Shown here: positions 61,851 through 64,000 of the stretch, piece after piece
Numbering within the stretch: the stretch's first letter is position 1
Layout of the letters: every line of letters starts with the position of its first letter
Source of the DNA: Ostrea edulis
Lineage: Eukaryota
DNA length: 64,000 nucleotides
Reading direction: 5' to 3'
NCBI RefSeq assembly: GCF_947568905.1
Contig: NC_079166.1
Span: 87,420,001-87,484,000 of the forward strand
Translations under genes and position numbers: made by a program
Notes under the pieces: model-generated
The model's input: the letters and a program-made list of their open reading frames with translations, nothing else
Database searches by the model: none
What the model was told of the DNA's origin: nothing

Positions 61851-62559
61851 TCATCATAAAATTCTATAGAACTAACCCTGTCTCCATTTCTTCACTTTCA
61901 ATATCAAAATCAATGTAAGAATTTACCATGTTGCAGAAATTGCAGTTTTAGGCCTACCTATAGTATTCAAAATGAAACAACTGAACAGTTTGTTTAATGT
62001 TTCTGTTTTATTGGTGAAACATTTGTCTGTTTAAAGAGTGAACTCTATAGATATTGTGATGAGGTTTTTAGAAATGTAAAACTTTTACGGTACCAATGAT
62101 AAACTTATGCTTTGTTATGATATCATTGTAGTGGCGGATCCAGAATTTCCGAAAGGAAGGAGATAGGTAGCATACAGAGTATCACTTAACATACTCAAGC
62201 ATTCAGGGAGCAAAGTTTGGAAATTTAATCGCATTATTTCTAATTTTTAATTTTATGACCAAAAAATGCCAATGACATTGCATTAGTAAGAAACAAGATG
62301 ATAGTACTTGAATTTTCAAGTGTGAATTTTATTCATACCCAAGAAAGGACAGATATCATGACCAATTTCATTATCTGCGAAATTCAATATCAATTTCATA
62401 ATTGACAAAGGTAAATATATACATGTAACATTTACATTTATCAAATCACAAATAAGAAATAGTATTGCACACTGTTTCGGAATGATCTTCCGTGATACTT
62501 ACCACTACAGGCATCATCTCTAAACACTAAAAACATATAAAAAGATACATGAACATTGG

Positions 62560-62561
<2 letters not shown>

Positions 62562-62608
<47 letters not shown>
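62562..62608. repeat. (TA)n microsatellite
   Basis: Perfect TA run. Confidence 0.98.
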
Positions 62609-62614
<6 letters not shown>

Positions 62615-63544
62615 TATTTATTTATGAAAACCCTAGATTTGGTACTTTGGCTAATATTTAACCCACACCCACCCCTGTAATCTTTGATCTACCTTTGAAT
62701 TTGACACATCACTTGTGTTTGATTTATTTATATGTTGCATTTCTTATGTTTTCATCATTGATTAATGTTAAAAAATTCTTGCTTTTCAATGTTCGTGGTT
62801 TGGAAGTTGGCGTATAGTTCCGTGGAAATTATAGTGCAGCTAAGCTCTTACAATTTTTCTGTATGATTTAAAGTAAGGCTAAGATTAAGGGAAAAAGTAT
62901 CGCACCTGTACATCCTCTTAAGGATGTACCTACACAAGAAGAATTCAGTATATAATACAGTAAATGTATACAATAATAAAAGTAAAAAACACAAGAAACT
63001 CAAATAACATTTTACTGCTAGGTCTTTCGGCCTTAATCTCTTTTCAAACAGTTATAAGATGAAATACAATTGCTAAGTAACGCCAACATATCTGGATAAG
63101 GCAGGTCATGAAATATATTACGTTTTCAGATTCTCATGCCATGTTGGAATTGGTTGTTGATTTTTTGCCTTATTGGATTTTTTTCTCTGCATTCCTCTAG
63201 ATGATCACATGCGATGCAACGGGAACCCCCATATTTTTTTCACGAACTTTGAATTGGACATGGTAGAATTCTCTTTAGATTAGGAGCCTGTATTTTGCTT
63301 ATTTGAGATTCTTTTATCAGTTGGTTTTTTCAGTTTTGGGACTGTTCTGATATAGGAAATAATCTCCTTGACGTTACAAAAATAATATGGTTGTGTGTGT
63401 TGTGTGTAATTACAAAAAAAGAAATCGTTGTTTACATTGGTTTTTCTTCGTGACTGGAGTTTCTTAAATCTAAAACAATAGAATAAAAGAAGCTGTAACT
63501 GACGACATTTTTTTTAACTAATTAACTCCTATCGGTATAACTGA

Positions 63545-64000
63545 AGTAAAACTTATACGGTACCAATTTTGATGCACCAGATGCGCATTTTGACAAATAA
63601 TATCTTTTCAGCGATGCTCAACCGAAATATTTGAAATCCAAAATAACAATGACGTTTTAGAGCTATTATAGGGAAATACAGTGTGCCAAAAAAGTGGAGT
63701 CAAATTCGTCTAAGAATAAGAGCTATGCGTGAGGGAGATAATCCTTAATTTTGAAATAAATTTCTAAATTTTATAACAGTAATCAAATATACATCCGTAT
63801 TTTCAAGCTAGTAACGAAGTACTTAGCTATTGGACTGTAGAGACCCTCCGGGACTAACAGTCCACAAGCAGAGGCCTCGACCCAGGGGTCATAATGTAAA
63901 ACTTATACGGTACCAATTTTGATGCACCAGATGTGCATTTCGACAAATTATGTCTCTTCAGTGATGCTCAACCGAAATATTTGAAATCCGAAATAACAAT
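63545..64000 (+). repeat. 350 bp satellite-like repeat, tandem array running off the window end
   Basis: acttatacggtacc at 63551 and 63901 (period 350). Confidence 0.9.

Larger units (their letters stand above)
50455..62140. repeat. Local tandem duplication of a ~3.4 kb unit (X1 50455-52195, Y1 56478-58415, X2 58430-59760, Y2 59775-62140)
   Basis: Long near-identical blocks, e.g. 51500-51620 vs 59050-59170 and 57640-57820 vs 61335-61520; copy 1 is split by ~4.3 kb of other sequence. Confidence 0.9.

Overview
AT-rich, repeat-dense eukaryotic DNA with GT-AG introns. The repeat families resemble those of oyster/bivalve genomes; this is an inference from remembered repeat motifs, not a database result. 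I found no intact host gene, rRNA, true tRNA gene or CRISPR array. Two large transposon-derived loci dominate. (1) A 3.43 kb ISL2EU-type (PIF/Harbinger-related) DNA transposon at 21642-25072 has imperfect ~60 bp TIRs and an AT target duplication. It carries two convergent intron-containing genes, a THAP-DDE_Tnp_4 transposase and a SWIM-YqaJ exonuclease-PHD protein, and each has lost its core by internal deletion. (2) A degraded ~9 kb Helentron (endonuclease-encoding Helitron) at ~29.1-38 kb has a polyprotein reading: herpesvirus-tegument-like papain protease/deubiquitinase (C76-like), Zn finger, HUH Rep, PIF1-family helicase, AP endonuclease. A separate three-exon OB-fold (RPA-like) gene follows it. 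Other content: a fossil L1/Tx1 RT, non-autonomous Helentron (HINE) copies with ~170 bp satellite-like arrays, tRNA-headed SINEs (one with a 10 bp TSD and an empty paralogous site), hairpin/foldback elements, a tandem pair of fast-diverging small ORFs (only the right copy's ORF keeps the hydrophobic C-terminal segment), a probable nSTAND-family gene fragment, a possible CD225/IFITM-like fragment, and a ~3.4 kb tandem duplication containing a Crypton-like tyrosine recombinase fossil. All family assignments come from motif recognition by eye. No searches were run.
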